A stretch of DNA of 64,000 nucleotides from Podarcis pityusensis (lineage: Eukaryota), in NCBI GenBank assembly GCA_964106645.2, contig OZ067038.1, one strand, 5' to 3'. Position 1 is the first letter of the stretch, and every line of letters begins with the position of its first letter. The notes under the pieces are model-generated. The model had not been told where the DNA came from and did not search any database. It saw only the letters and a list, made by a program, of their open reading frames with translations. The position numbers and the translations under genes were made by a program. Below, in pieces: positions 39,011 through 53,307 of this stretch.

Positions 39011-39705
39011 CTACTGATAATTTAACACTTGGCAAGGAAACTTTGATAATACCTCAGTAAGCAGAGTGACATGCAGCTTTGATTGTAATGTAGATCATGT
39101 TTTAACAAATAGATAAGGTAAGGTAGGGATGGAATACTGGAAGCTGTTAAATCTTTTTGTGTCACCTGAAACCTGAGTTGTAGTTTCTTTCCTCCCAAAA
39201 AGCTGTGAGCCAAGAATAAACCTTGGTTACAGCTCGTGGGTTTGTTTGGAGAGAAACAAACCATCAGCTCTGGTTTTGACATGATACTAAGCAGGAGCAT
39301 ATCTTAGCTCCCAGCAGTGTGGAAGCAGCCTGAACAGGGAAAAGCATTTACAGTAGCACACATTATGTTCACCTTTTAAACTATAGTTCAGTTTAACTGC
39401 ATTTCAAACTAACGTCTGAACCAGGTCACTGACTGACCTAGAGTTGTTCATTATATTCCAGTGTTCTGATTCTAAAATATTCTACTGAGAAGTATCTTTG
39501 GGTTCTCTACATGACAAGATGAAAAGTTTAAATTCCTTCTACTATTAAGTTCCAGCAGTTGGCCTGCCTTTCTCAAAGTCCTTTCTCAAAGCTGACATTT
39601 TACTTAAGTCATTCGTTGAACTATTTAATTTCTCTTTATTAGCCATTTCACTGCCACCTGACAGTCATACTCCAGTCCCTCTTTGTGTATCAATCTGTCA
39701 CCAGT

Positions 39706-39860
39706 CTCCTAGATAGCTCAGTTGGTTAGAGTGTGGTGCTGATGATGCCAAGGTTGCAGGTTTGATCACCACGTGAGGCAGCTGCATATTCCTGCATTGC
39801 AAGAGGCTGGACTAGATGATCCTCATGGTCTCTTCCAACTCTACAATTCTTTTATTCTAT
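39706..39860 (+). mobile_element. tRNA-Ile-derived SINE with CR1-derived tail
   Basis: TAGCTCAGTTGGTTAGAGTGTGGTGCTGATGATGCCAAGGTTGCAGGTTTGATC resembles tRNA-Ile(AAT); tail GGTCTCTTCCAACTCTAC matches the CR1 end at 5170. Confidence 0.82.
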
Positions 39861-41140
39861 CCCAGTTTCAGTTTGTTAAAGTAGATTTCAAGCCTTCTGG
39901 ATAGTGATCATGACACCATACCATATGGTTAAAGTTTGTAACCAAATACTACTCTGCCAAGCACAGGACATGCCAAACATGTTTATTTGCTGAAACATTA
40001 CATTTGACTTCTCAAATGTAATGATCTAGGGACCATACTTAACTTTTTCTTAACTACTTATTAACCACCGACTTGTCTAAATAGGTATCTAACCCAGTTA
40101 GAGAGTATACGTATGCAAAGACATGTTTCTGCATATGTATATCTTACTTGATAAGCACAAACAGGTCCTGCCCGGTTATCCTCTTGGACACAATAGCCCA
40201 GATTGTGTGCAAGAAACACTTAATTCTTTTTAAAAGTGAATTTTCTTAGTTACATAACTAACTTTGATTTGGTGCACTTTCTTTTCTGTCAAGTGCTTTT
40301 TCAAAACCTAGTTTTCCATTAATTTCGATTTATTCTGCAATTCTCCTACCTGAAACCAAACTTTATCCATCACTTGTAAACTTTCCTCCTATTGTCTTCT
40401 TATGGCCCAAACTAGATGTCATGCTTCTTAGTTCACAAATTACCTGTCACTGTGGGGACCTTGATTGGGATTCAGGCATGGAGGGGTAGCAGAGCTTTAA
40501 CCTTTACCCTTATTTGATCCTGATTGAGATCATTACCCCTTCCCTAATACTGCAAATGACATGGCAAGGGAGAAGAATCTTCCATTTGATTAAATGGTCC
40601 AATGTAAATTGCAGATGCAGGGCCCCCTATCCATATCAGGACTGCGTCGATGTAAAGAATTAACCTCCCCCTTTCCAGTGTCCCGTTCCAAATTGTGAGC
40701 TTCCATGCTGTCAGTTTGTGAAAGAAAATGTTTGCAAAGGCAAACTACATAATAAACATTTCACATAGTTAGTCTCTAACAGTTGCCCCATACTTTTCAT
40801 ATCAGAGCGACCCACATGTCCACAGGAATGGTCAATTATCATCATCGTTTTATTTGTATGCTGCCTTTCCAAAGTTAAAACCATGCCCAAGGCAGCTTAC
40901 ATTATGAAAAGATTTACATTACAAACATAACAAAAGTAGTCATAAACAATAAAGAAAATATCAAAAAATACACAACTGAATTGAACAATTTCCACTTAAA
41001 TCATAAGATCTAAAAAATAAAGATACAATAAATTAATGTCAATAACAGTAGCAAAATGCCCATTCCAATAACTTCCACTGCTATCAAAAAATGCTTTGTT
41101 CCTTAAATAACGGCTTAAATTATATTAACATTGTTATTCA

Positions 41141-41242
<102 letters not shown>

Positions 41243-43224
41243 TTAAGATAATAAAATCAATTCACACCTACAAATTATACAAAAATATATTAAATAGACA
41301 TAGCCCACATTAATGACCAAAAAATCATGTTCTAGAGTAAACACAATTTGTCTCCAGTAAGGTGTAATGATGCTACCATTTTCATTTCTTCAATATTTAT
41401 CAAAATATATAATAAAATTTATAAAATATTTAAGTGGTTATACAAGAATGCCAGTTTGTACTGTTAACATTGGGTATCAAAACCTGCAATGAAAGTCACA
41501 GATAATAACTAAATATAAAGTCTCTTGTTAGTAGAGACTGATGACATTAAACATTCACAAACCGGGAAGTCTCATTTTTACTTACAAAACTGCTTTCATT
41601 TTATTATTCTCTCCTGTGTCTTTTGCAAAATGTCTTAACCTAAAATATATTGACTTTAGACTAATAGAAGCACCAAAATAGGAATCCTAGACATATAAGT
41701 AGCAATTATTTCTGTTCCTGAGCAATAATTGTGCTTTTTATGAACAGGCCACAAGTAGAAATGAAAAGCTATTAAAAATGGAATATTCTGAAATGAGTTG
41801 CTTGTTATCCATTAAGCTTGGGTGATACCTGGGCTGCATTATTTTAATTGGCTGATTTTCATGGGTAGTTAACCTGGTGCCCCCTCCAGCTGTTTTTGGG
41901 CTACAGCTCTCAACCTTTGGACATAATGGCAGGGGTTGCTGAGCTTTGGAGTCCAACAACATCTGGAAAACACCATGTTTGATACTCCTGCATTAATTGA
42001 TTGCGGGTGGGGGTGGAATGGTTTCCAGAGAAGCAATGTCAAATGAGATCACTCTGTTAAAACTAATTCTACCTCAGAGATGTCTGTCAATGGGGGGGAA
42101 GCATCTAGGAAGATGCCTGAAGGAGACTGAAATAGAGTATACCTGGTTTCCGATAATGTAGGCACAAAAAAATTGTCTGCTTTATATCATGCCAGATATA
42201 AATTTTATGAGACAGTGCTGAGGAGCAAACTAGTTAACTATTCTTGTCAACTGATTGAAAGGAGTAAAAAAGAAGGCAATCCTGTAACAAAGCCTTAAAC
42301 TTTTCTACATCTCATGGATCGAAGACAGGTATTCTATCTGCCAGTAGTTGAGCCCCCTTTTCATCATAAAGGCAAGAGTAAAACAGGACATTTTAATGTT
42401 CATCTTCTTAAGATGAGAAAAATTGATTGGCATGGTGTATGGTGTAGACATAGCCACCATAATATTTTATTAGATGAAATATATATTGGTGGTATTTATT
42501 GTTATTAATTTGTTAATTTTGCTTATCCAAGGAAAAGTATACTTCTAGCTTTTGTTCTAGTAAAATCTGTCCGCAGACTGATTACGCACACACACACACA
42601 CATATACACATACACACACATTTCCTCAGACAAGGAGGTTCATTAACGCTGAAATAGAATTTGTAGCGATGTAATGTTCAAGTCAATTAGCCTGCTCTTT
42701 GCACACTGTGAACCACACACACTTGATCAATTCAGCATAAAAAAGTATTAAAAGCAACTCTATTTTCATACTTGTATAAAAGTTACCTTTAAGTCAAGAA
42801 GAAATCATCAAAGTTAAATTTAAGCTAATAGTACAAGTGTTTGCTATCATCTGTCTTAATGTTTGCTGCCATCTGTCCTGTATATGTTTGCACTGTTGTA
42901 TCTCCATCCCAAACATGTTAACTATTGGAAAAACTTGTCTTCGTATCACATCTGCTTCTATCCTATATAGAGAAATGCAATTCATCTATGGTTTCTAAGT
43001 ATCTTGCTAATAGCAGCAGAATGTTGGAAGAGAGACTGGGTGGAATAGAATGTGTATGCAGGCTCCGGCCTTGCCTGCAGTTGCCATGCAACCCCAGGAA
43101 GGTTCTGCATGACCGAAAGGATGTGGCAATCTGTTATATGGCTGCGCTGAATGTGTATGCGTGCACACACACACACACATGCATCTGGGGAGAGGGGGAG
43201 CACCACTATTCAATTTTTCAGGTC

Positions 43225-44396
43225 TATATAGCAGCCCTAACTTACCTGCAAATGGGATCCTCTTTAACGAGGGTCCTGGTTGCGCACGGGCCCCTGAGAG
43301 GACCCCCACCAGGTTGAAGGCGCTGAGCATGGCCCAGACCTTGTCTGTATGGCCCCACAATCACACCAGGCTGTTTGAGCCAATCAGTGCAGTTGGCGTG
43401 ATTGGTGGAGGCCTATAAAAGCGGCAGCGCGATGTGACTGAGGCACTTGCTTCATGTTGCCGAACACCTGCCCTCCCGTTCCTATTTGTAGGTGTTGCTG
43501 CTTTGGCCTCGCTTCGGGTGTTGGTTGGTCACCTGTTTTGGAACAGGGGCCAGGTAGGAATTTTTCCATTTGGCAAATTGGCAGTGTCCACTTGGTTTTC
43601 GCCTACCCCCTTAGCAATTGTCACAACTGTGTAAGGTTTGGCGGTTAGGCATTGGCTTAATGAAGTGTATGGGAGGGGAGGTGTGGCCATCACCTGCCCC
43701 TCCATGAATAAGGGTAAAGGAATCTGGGGGTCCTGGATCTTGTCCGTGTTAGGATATTTCCGTTCCACTTTAAAAGGGAGCAGGCTTTGTGAGTCACAGG
43801 GTCTGCATATTTCCTGTTCACAGGATGTTTCTGTTGTGTCTTTGCTTTCGTTTCTCTCTCTGTGTCATGTTTTCTTTGTTCTGATCAACACTGAATAAAC
43901 TTGTAAATAATGCTCTCCTGCGTGCATCTTTCGCTGTGCAATATCTACTGATAGAGCGTGCATCGGCTCTGGAATGTGGCAGGCTATTTCTGGAGCTCGT
44001 GTCGCTAATTGCTGATACTGTATCTACGGGAGATCGATGGACATCCGGAGGCGGCTTGGGGGCCATGATGGACTTTGTCTCCCTGGCAGTATTCCAACAG
44101 TCTGAAGTCCACTTGAGTGGCTAGGGCCATGCCAGGACCACAGGAACCCGGGGTGAGCTTCGTTGGTCTTCATCAATGTTGCTCCCTTGTTTGGCGTTTT
44201 TATCCTTTCAGACTCTCTGCTGGGAGGGCAGGAGTCAGTGATAGTTTGTCAGTGCCTAAGGCAATATTGCTCACTTTGCTGTAACCAATATAGTTGTGGC
44301 TGAAATTTTGCTCATTAACTTAACAACTGACACTGACTACGTGTCAGTGTGAAGTTATTTACTTGCAGAAGGGCTTGGGGGCCTCGGGGCGCAATA
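43225..44396 (+). mobile_element. Solo-LTR-like element A (5' boundary approximate)
   Basis: CCAAT (43380), TATAAAAG (43414), conserved core shared with B and C, AATATAGTTGTGGC polyA-like block (44288), 3' end CGCAATA. Confidence 0.7.
43741..44043 (+). mobile_element. Nested ~300-bp LTR-like insertion inside element A
   Basis: TGTCC...GGACA inverted termini; TTTAAAAG and AATAAA (43894) inside; absent from paralog B at the aligned position. Confidence 0.6.
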
Positions 44397-45486
44397 GACC
44401 ATCAGACAGAAACTATGGTTTTTGGAAGCATACTTTGGTATAAGAGAGTTGAGAAGATAAAAAGTTAAATATAGTAAAAGTTTGGATACATTCCAGGGAA
44501 GGAATATGAATGTGTTTATATGCAGTGAGTATCTGGCCCTATTTCTGAAAATACAAATTTTTAAAATTCTTTACATATTTGTAGCTTATATGGGACAGTT
44601 TACATGTTACTTATGCTTGATGGCAACAGATTCATTGCTATGGAGCAACACACATAAATAACTTGCTACTTTCTTTAAATTGTGCTGGCTATAAGTCATA
44701 ATACCACAACTAATTTAGCACTGATGTATGTGATACAGTGCTTCCTGATTTTAAGTTCTAAACTTATTTCTGTAATATTTGTACACTTAACTGAAAATCT
44801 ACAGTTATATTGCTTGCTTTAAAAATCCGTAAAGTACAGTGCAGCAAATATCACTATGGTTTACAATAACATTTAGATTTCACAGGTGATTAATAAAACA
44901 CCATTTGTAATAGCATACTACATGTGCTGAGTCCAGAGTAGCTATTTATTATTAAAATTAGCAGACTATGTTCCTGGTACTAGCAATACTCATTTCAACA
45001 CCTTTGAATGGTGTAGACTGCAAATACTCAAAAACAGGGGGAATGACATATTGTCGAATGGCGGCAGTAGAAGAAATATGTCCATCTATCTGTGGATGTG
45101 CTGTAAATCACAGAACCTTATTTTGGAGAAAAATCTTTCATATGTCAAATCTTAGTACCTTAACTTTGAAACAGTGAAATCGGGTGGCTGGTTATAAATT
45201 ATTATTGCATTATTATTATAAATGGTGAACACATTGGGCACAAATCTAGCTGAGGCTAACATTTCTATCTCCTATTAATTACCATAGGATCTCTACACAT
45301 ATCATAACTATTCTTGAAAGTGCTTAATGGTAGCTGGATTGGTTGCGAGTTTGGTTCTGGGGCCAATACAAGGTGCTCATATTAGTGTTTAAAGCCCTAA
45401 ACAAATTAGGCCCAAAATATCTGAAATACCAGATCGTTCCCTGCAGACGCTCTTGTGGGTTAAGATCAATAGAGGGGCCCTACTCT

Positions 45487-45488
<2 letters not shown>

Positions 45489-45517
<29 letters not shown>
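45489..45517. repeat. (TTA)n microsatellite after a decayed L2-like fragment
   Basis: Direct observation. Confidence 0.85.
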
Positions 45518-45518
<1 letters not shown>

Positions 45519-47290
45519 TCTTCAACTTAATCCCTGCCTGAAGGAGTCCATCTACAACAAAACCAATTTTAAGCCCACTGCCCTCAGTAGTGTTTGTTTT
45601 TTGAAGGGTGCAGGGGTTTGCGTGGCCAGGTGAAGACAACATCTGTGGCAGTTGTGGCATTCCCTCCCTATGGAGGTACATCTGGCACCTTCGTTATATA
45701 AGGAGGAAGTCATCTGCTCTTTCCTTAAGCACAATCATTTATGCTTGCTAGACAGTAAAGTCCCCTTTTTGTCCTCCTGCATGCTGTTCTGGGGGTTCTC
45801 TTGACCCTCCAGAATGGATGTGGGGTACTGTGGGGGAACACAAGGAGAACTCCTGTTGTACTAGTGGGATCTCTTACACTGGCTTCTCCTAGTGTGAAGG
45901 AGTGGTTGGGCCAAAGATACCTTTGTATGCTGAAGACACATCTCTCTACTCTGGCCTTTGACTCTTCAGACATATATTTTAGTACCCACCATATTCCTCT
46001 GTCTATAATTATTTTTGAACTATTATTTTTTTAAAAAAATATTGAATTATAAATTGCTGTAACCAACCCTGTAATGGTGAAGTATGGATAAGATTAATAA
46101 TTAATTGTGCTTTCCTCTTCTCAAAATCTGCATTAGAGGGTGAAATGTTGAGAACTTTGTGCATAAAGTAAAGCCCTTGCTTTACTTTTTCATGAACAAT
46201 AGTTTTCACACAGCAATCTACACTTGTCCTAAATCTTTCATTCCTCTTTCCCCTGACTTTTCCACTGTTAATGAAGACTTCATATATGTAATAAAATCTA
46301 AAATTCTCAAATAAAGTATATTAGAATTGTTGGTTGTGGTTTAGGCCACTTTCTGTAATCAGACGACTAGTTGCAACGAAGGGTTCCTTGTAATGGTACT
46401 ATCCTTGCCTTGTATTCCCCTCACAATGTTACTTCCAACACTTTTCTGTAGGATCTCCCAATCCTCCAGAGCAGAGTTTTAGAGGGTACAGGGGGTGGTA
46501 AGAAGAAGAGGAAATTTGCAAAAAACTCGCCTGCAACAATAAAGTGCAGATCTGACTACTGTAAAGATTCCTTTTTTTCAAAACAAAAGAAGCTTCCTCT
46601 GCAAGCAAACTTTTTGAATCCAACCTGTTATTTACATACTGCAATCACATGATTAGAGCATTTTATCCTTAGATTAATTTTCTGAAATATATTCATAGAT
46701 TCACTTGAGTCAGTGCTTACAGAAACAGAGTTTTGTGATTGGTGTTATCTGAAAAGATTCTGCAGAATTAATGCTGAAAAAAGGTGTGTGCCAATTCTAG
46801 ACTAAAAATTGTACATTTTAAAGGGCCTGATTTTGAAGGAAAAAATCAAAATATTTTTGATAATATTATTTAATTTTAAAATGTTCTTATAAACTTGTTA
46901 TGGTTCAGTATGCTGAAGAGTAGCCTTTTTCAAAAGAATCCATTGATTGTGAAACGGTTAAGAAAATGTTAATGATTGTTGTTGTATTATACAGTTCTGT
47001 CCTCACTTGACAGAGGTGTAGATGAATGCATATGGATGTTTCATATCATTCATAAAATTTCAATTGTTTGATGAGAACAATGGCTTTCTACAAGAGCCAT
47101 ATCCATTTTTAAGGGTAAACATTCAATCATTCAATCCACATTGTAGGCTGAAGCACTGACGGCATTTTGCCATTCTGCAGTGTACTTAAGTAAAGTGGCA
47201 TTCATAAAAGGAGTGGTTTGAGTATATTTGTGATTCACTGATATCTGAGCAATCTACTGATTTAGTGTGTTCTCCTTCCTGGAGAGCATG

Positions 47291-48075
47291 TGTTGCGGTG
47301 GGGTCTGGCACGCCACCCCCTTGTTGCTGGGCGGGATCCTTTGGATAGCCATTAGCAAGGATTGGGTAGTTTCCTGTTACTAGGGAAATTTTGATGTTGC
47401 CAATTAAGGGGAAGGGCTAAAAGGTTTTAAATGAAGATACGCAGCACTGACTGTTCTCTTTGCTGCATGCATCGGAACACCCGCCCACCCTCCCTAGGTA
47501 TTGGTCTTTGCATTGACCTTGCTATGCCTGTCATGTGGTCGTCTGCTTTTGGGGCAGGGGCCTGGTAGGAATTTTGTCCAGTTGGCTGATTGGCTGGTGC
47601 CATCTGGTTTTTGCCTACTGCGTAGCAAATCGTCACAATTTGTAAGGTTGCGGTTAGGCATTGGTTAAAAAATTGGTTGGTGGAGGGGTATGGATTGGTG
47701 GTGCCTGCCCCTCCAATGCTGCTGCTGCAAGGGAATTCCATTAAAGAAATCTAGGGGCTTGCCATCCTTTCGTCCAAATCCCTGGTTGGGGCTTGGGCCG
47801 CGCAAGCTCCTGGGAGCATGCGGGGGGAGGTGAGGGTCTAGTGCCCGGCTCCATGCTCTCCCCAATATTGTTTTCCCCGACTGGCTTTTGCTGGAATCCT
47901 GAAGTCAGTCCTGTCCCGATGGCGGTGACAGATAGCCGGAACCAATGCCTAAGCAACCACTCACCTTTATGTATTTTCATAAATTTGTGGCCAAAATTAT
48001 GCCAAAAACCTTAAACAAAATTATGTGTGAATTGTGATGTATTTGTGGGTGGCTTGTGGGACCTCGACACGCAAA
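47291..48075 (+). mobile_element. Solo-LTR-like element B
   Basis: Starts TGTTGCGGTG and ends ACACGCAA; CCAAT; conserved core; ATAAATTTGTGGCC polyA-like block; collinear with C. Confidence 0.75.
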
Positions 48076-48554
48076 GTGGGGCAGTCCTGTACATATCCAC
48101 TGAACAGCAGGTCCCAATGAGTTCAGTCTAAGATAATTAAGATAACACCTAAAATCTTTTTCTGTTTTTGATTACATTAGGTAACTAATGCATCTTGGTT
48201 GGTCTTCAACCTTTCTGCACATTTGAGTAGAGTAGATTTATATCTTCAGGATGATATGGCTTAGGAAAAATGAAATGAGCTGGTTAATGTAAAATGATGA
48301 TGATGCTTCAGGAAGCAATTACAGTGTTTATAAGGGAGACAGAAAGAGTGGTCTGTTTTGGATCTGTGTGTCTTGGATTTATTTGGGCAGCCACGTATGT
48401 TTAGATGAACCATATTAGAGAACCTTTTTGTTGTTTTTAGATTCAAAGAGGAAGTATAACTCAATATTGCCAGTTTACATATCATTTTATAAAGAACAGA
48501 TAATGAAAGACAACATTCTATGAGATTCAATAATAAACCTCTTAACTCATCTTA

Positions 48555-48790
48555 GGGCAGTGCCTTTATTAGGCCAAAATGTCGCAGAGTAGTGTGCAAG
48601 CTTATGAGTTTTCTATAAATCTTCATCAGGCTAGAGTAACAAAGCAAGAGGGTTGGGGGATGGGTAAGTGGCTGGTGATATAAAGTCATGGATCTCAGAC
48701 TGTGGTTTGGTAAATCTTAAGACAGAATGTGAGAAGAGGCAGCAGATATTATTCTGTGATATTTCGGCTGGCCTAATAATGGTATAGCCT
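48555..48790. mobile_element. Penelope-like element termini in inverted arrangement, with decayed hammerhead
   Basis: Minus strand CTGATGAAGA...CTCATAAGCTTGCACAC...TGGCCTAATAAAGG; plus-strand counterpart GGCTGGCCTAATAATGGTAT at ~48767. Confidence 0.6.
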
Positions 48791-49309
48791 TAAGACGGAT
48801 TTTTAAATTCAGCATTGCTACCTTTTTGTGTGACATGAAAAATATCAAATATAAGCAGTGGAATCCTAAACTGTGATCTTATATAAACTTTGCAGTTCTA
48901 TTCTTTGACTGAATACTCCTTCCATTTTCTAGGAAAGGTGCCCAATTTGGTTTAGAGTTACTTTTAAAATTATCTTATTAAGACCTGCTGTGTTGGGGAG
49001 GGATCTATCTATCCATCTATGTGACCCCCAGCTTTTAGGAATATATTCCTTGCTTAATATCCCTTAAAACCTCCCAAACTCTGTCATGCTTATGCTTCGG
49101 GTCATGGCAAAATACTGGGAGCTACTGCAAATAAAATAGGGGTGAACAGCCTAGAGCTCAGGAACTGAAAGTAGCCCTCCATACCTTTCTGCCTAGCCAC
49201 ACCACTTCCTCAGGACATGCCCCTTACCCCAGTTCTACTCCACATCCTCCTTGAGTCTGTTTGGCTGTGTGGAATGCATCCTTGAATTGGAATAATGCTT
49301 CCTGCCTGG

Positions 49310-49650
49310 TAGGGCTGGGCGATATATCAATATATTGTCCAAAACCAGTTTGAAGTCCAAGTCATGATATTATTTGATCTAGCAGTATATCATGACTCAT
49401 GATGTGTGTGCTATGCAAAAGTCACAATGTGGGGAAAACTATGAGATTTTGATTCCTGCAGCCCCTGTTAACTCTGCTTGCTCAGCTCTTCCCTGCCTCT
49501 TGCAGAAGGGAGAGAATCACAAGAGCAGGCACCAGCAAAAATTAGGATGTGGGGGAAACCGTTAAGCCTGCCAATGCCCCTACAAAGTTTCAGACATTGT
49601 GATATATCAGTATATCACAGTATTCAAAAACCAGATATCGCCCAGCCCTA
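49310..49650. mobile_element. hAT MITE nested in an older repeat
   Basis: TIR TAGGGCTGGGCGATAT...ATATCGCCCAGCCCTA; perfect TSD CTGCCTGG. Confidence 0.92.
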
Positions 49651-51156
49651 CTGCCTGGTTCATATATCTCTAGACAGAGTGTAGTGTTTGTGTAGCTGGA
49701 ATGCAGCCTGCTGCTGAAAGGTAAGAGTTGCATTCATGGTTTCACCCTCCTTGACCCCATCCACCATTGGCATGTGGTCTCTGGAAAGTTTCCCTACAAG
49801 AGAATGTGGCCCACAGGTTGAAAAGGTTCCTGAAATAAAACAATAGTATCACTCTTGATAAAGTATTCTATTTAGTGGGCTTTAAAGAGTTAAGGACAGT
49901 CAACAACCACAAAGGTTACAATCCTATACACACTTGACTAGGAGTATGTCCCATTGTGGGCTTATTTTGAGTAGATATGTATAGGATTGCATTGTAAGTG
50001 CACGTGACATAAGCAAATACTTGCAAATAAAATAGCGAATGGGTACACAAAATCTGAGTACACAAAATACTCTGGCAGGAAAAACTCAAAGGAAAAGTAA
50101 GATTTATGCTGAGGGTTAGCACACCCTAGATGCCAAACATGTCTTAAATAATGTCTAGTTCACATCTTAAAAACAGAACCTTTTTCTTCCTAAACTTCTT
50201 CACTGATAGTCTGTACACAAAGGAGATCCATATATAAAGAAGGAAAGAGAAACTTGACATGCCATACTTCCAGCAAGCTGCTGGCAGAACGTTTGAACTG
50301 CGAAAAATTAAAATGGCCAGCTAGAGAACTGTTTATTTGTAGCAGCAGCTTTACATTGCATATGCTCTATTATAAGACTGCTAAGTGTATGGACTGGCAC
50401 AAGCACATTGTGTGTAAGGTTCTCCATGCTCCTCAGGCAATCCAAATGGGAAGCAGCTTTCAAACATTAGGGGACCAAAGTGCCCCACCATAATTAAAAG
50501 GTTGCTTTCAGTGATATGGGGCAGCCCTAAATTATGCCCACAAAACACAGTGTATGTTTATGCTTATTTCTATCACTTGGTTTAAGCATACTTAATTAAG
50601 TGTGGGATTGCACCTAGTCTCAGTAGAAATGAGAGTTTCAAATTCAAGATAATTCATTTTCCTGTTGCACAAGACAAGCGTAGCTTCATATCTGAATTGT
50701 GATTAAAAGTTGGCAATAAATGAAGATAAATTGTACATAGTAAAGAGATAAGGCAGATCTTCTAATTTGTTGTTGTTTGGAGTAATTGCTTTAAAAATTA
50801 TTTTCTATTACATTGATTAAGATGTTTATCACTTCCAACAGCTGACAAACTGTCTGCTTTCCTTGTTCAATTAATCTGTACATTGTAGAATTAAAGTGTA
50901 AGGTTTTAGAATATCACATGATGTATTTATGTGTAGTTTGGCATTTTTATAAACTTCAAGCTATTTAAATATGGACTTATTTATGAGCCTCCTGACATGT
51001 CACCTTATTGTCATTATGTAGATAAATAGTAGTATAATATCCTGTCCTAATAATATAGCAATAGTATATCTGACACTACTTGAATACACTCATTAGCAAG
51101 ACTACACAAAAGCTACATTTTATTGCACAAATGAACCCTGAGATTAAGTATAAATT

Positions 51157-51238
51157 GTGAAATGTATATGGATGTGCATGATGTGAACCAATGAACTGTG
51201 GCCTGAAATGATGTCACAAAATGCGCAGCATTAAGTGG
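51157..51238 (-). promoter_or_regulatory. YCAY cluster downstream of the extra EGF exon
   Basis: 8 YCAY tetramers in 82 nt of pre-mRNA, starting ~14 nt after the donor. Confidence 0.5.
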
Positions 51239-51251
51239 AAGGTTAAACCTA

Positions 51252-51431
<180 letters not shown>

Positions 51432-51762
51432 TTAAATGCATAGATAGTAGATAGATAGATATACACATTTGATGCTAAAAACGTACAAGGAGAAAATATG
51501 CTCAGCATATCTATCTATGCACTAATTCAAGTGGGTACAAAGAGCAGTTATAACATATACTATGTAATTAAAGATGCCAATCACCCCTCTATCATTGCCA
51601 GTTAAAACTCTGAAAACTGTCAAAAACCAAAAAAAAAAAAAGACCTGGATCAGCAAAAAATTCATTACCACCACACTTGGTAAGAAAAGAAGATAAAATG
51701 GCACAAGGAATTGATTGGGTGTAAAAATGTTCTAATGATTGTCAGATACAGCAGCATACTCA

Positions 51763-51882
<120 letters not shown>

Positions 51883-52570
51883 TCATTACTGTTAGATACA
51901 CTATTACTGTTGAATGCAGATTCTAGAAACCAAAGTCACTACCAACCCATGTTGTTTACATTGTCAGTTATTTGATTGTACAAGGTTGAAAAAAAGATAA
52001 TGCATAGGAAGGTCAGAAGCCCTTGGATAATAAATAAATATCCAAAGATAAGCAAATTGTTCATATCTGGATGGTCCTGACAGTTCCATAGTAAAACACA
52101 TGCCAATTATCCTAATTGTGTGATATGAAAACAGCAGACTGACTTACTCATGCCCAGGTCCTTATTCTGAGTTGAATGATTGAAGGATGTGAATTTATAT
52201 CCAGGTAAGAATCAGAAGTCACTGATTAATATGTTACATTTTTAGCAGTGAAGTGAAAGGTAGTAATGATTTTCATCCCTCCCATTCACACAGACACACA
52301 CACACAATTTCCTGGGATATTTGTTCTTTTTGCCTTCTGGCTTGTTTTGAATCTCTGTGCTGATCGGAACAATTGGTATATATGTGTATTTTAAAATCTC
52401 ATATATATGGCACCAACTCAAGTTCAAGTACATTTGAACCACAGACTTGATACACAAGTAGTCAGTCATACTGTGTGCCACTATTTTGATACATGTTGAT
52501 TAACTGTGCATGCACTGCACTGTTAAAATATTTTCCTTCTATTTAACTATTTATCATAATGTAGACTTAC

Positions 52571-52745
52571 TTGCACATTATGTCATCGCTTTCCTTGTCC
52601 AGAATGCACTGCCCTCCATGGCATTTTATACATTTGTCTGTTTCACACTTTGGGCCTTCATATCGTAGAGGACAGACACATTCTACATTGCCATCATCAG
52701 CAATGGTGCAGGATTCAGAATTAACACAATAATGATGGCAAACAT
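52571..52745 (-). CDS. LRP1B: LRP1B coding exon (approx. exon 85), [57 protein letters not shown]
   Basis: 175 nt; CAG/GTAAGT; phase 1-2. Confidence 0.95.
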
Positions 52746-53048
52746 CTGCAACGAATGAACATTTTATATACTACAAGTAATAAAAATAGAATACCGTATA
52801 TTGTTAAACACAGCATCTTAATAGATTGATTATACCAACAGCTTCTCTTGCAACACAAGGCAGTTCAATAAGTTAGCCAATGGTCTTTTTTCATTTATGA
52901 CAAATAAGTCTTACCACTATTCCCTGAGTAAGCATTCAGTTTGGCTCACTGTGGTTGGCATGACCACAGAGTTCCATTGGAACTGCTTTTTCTATTACCT
53001 TTTTACCTGTTGGGCAGATGTGACAGGAATCACTAGGAAGACCAACTA

Positions 53049-53307
53049 CCGTATTTTTCGCTCTATAAGACGCACCAGACCACAAGACGCAGCTAGTTTT
53101 TGGAGGAGGAAAACAAGAAAAAAGGTATTCTGAATCTCAGAAGCCAGAACAGCAAGAGGGATCGCTACGCAGTGAAAGCAGCAATCCCTCTTGCTGTTCT
53201 GGCTTCTGGGATAGCTGTGCAGCCTGCATTCGCTCCGTAAGACGCACACACATTTCCCCTTACTTTTTAGGAGGGAAAAAGTGAGTCTTATAGAGCAAAA
53301 AATACGG
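53049..53307. mobile_element. Tc1/mariner (Tc2-like) MITE with internal palindrome
   Basis: TIR CCGTATTTTTCGCTCTATAAGAC...GTCTTATAGAGCAAAAAATACGG; TA TSD. Confidence 0.9.

Noticed and set aside
39706-39780. tRNA-Ile gene
   Set aside because: Degenerate stems and CR1 tail, so it is a SINE head
43553-43700. Self-cleaving ribozyme in the LTR core
   Set aside because: No hammerhead CUGANGA/GAAA core or HDV-type nested pseudoknot could be identified; an ENE-like reading fits better
42925-44124. Cluster of ORFs on both strands
   Set aside because: GC-rich LTR-like non-coding sequence; peptides are not conserved in paralogs B and C
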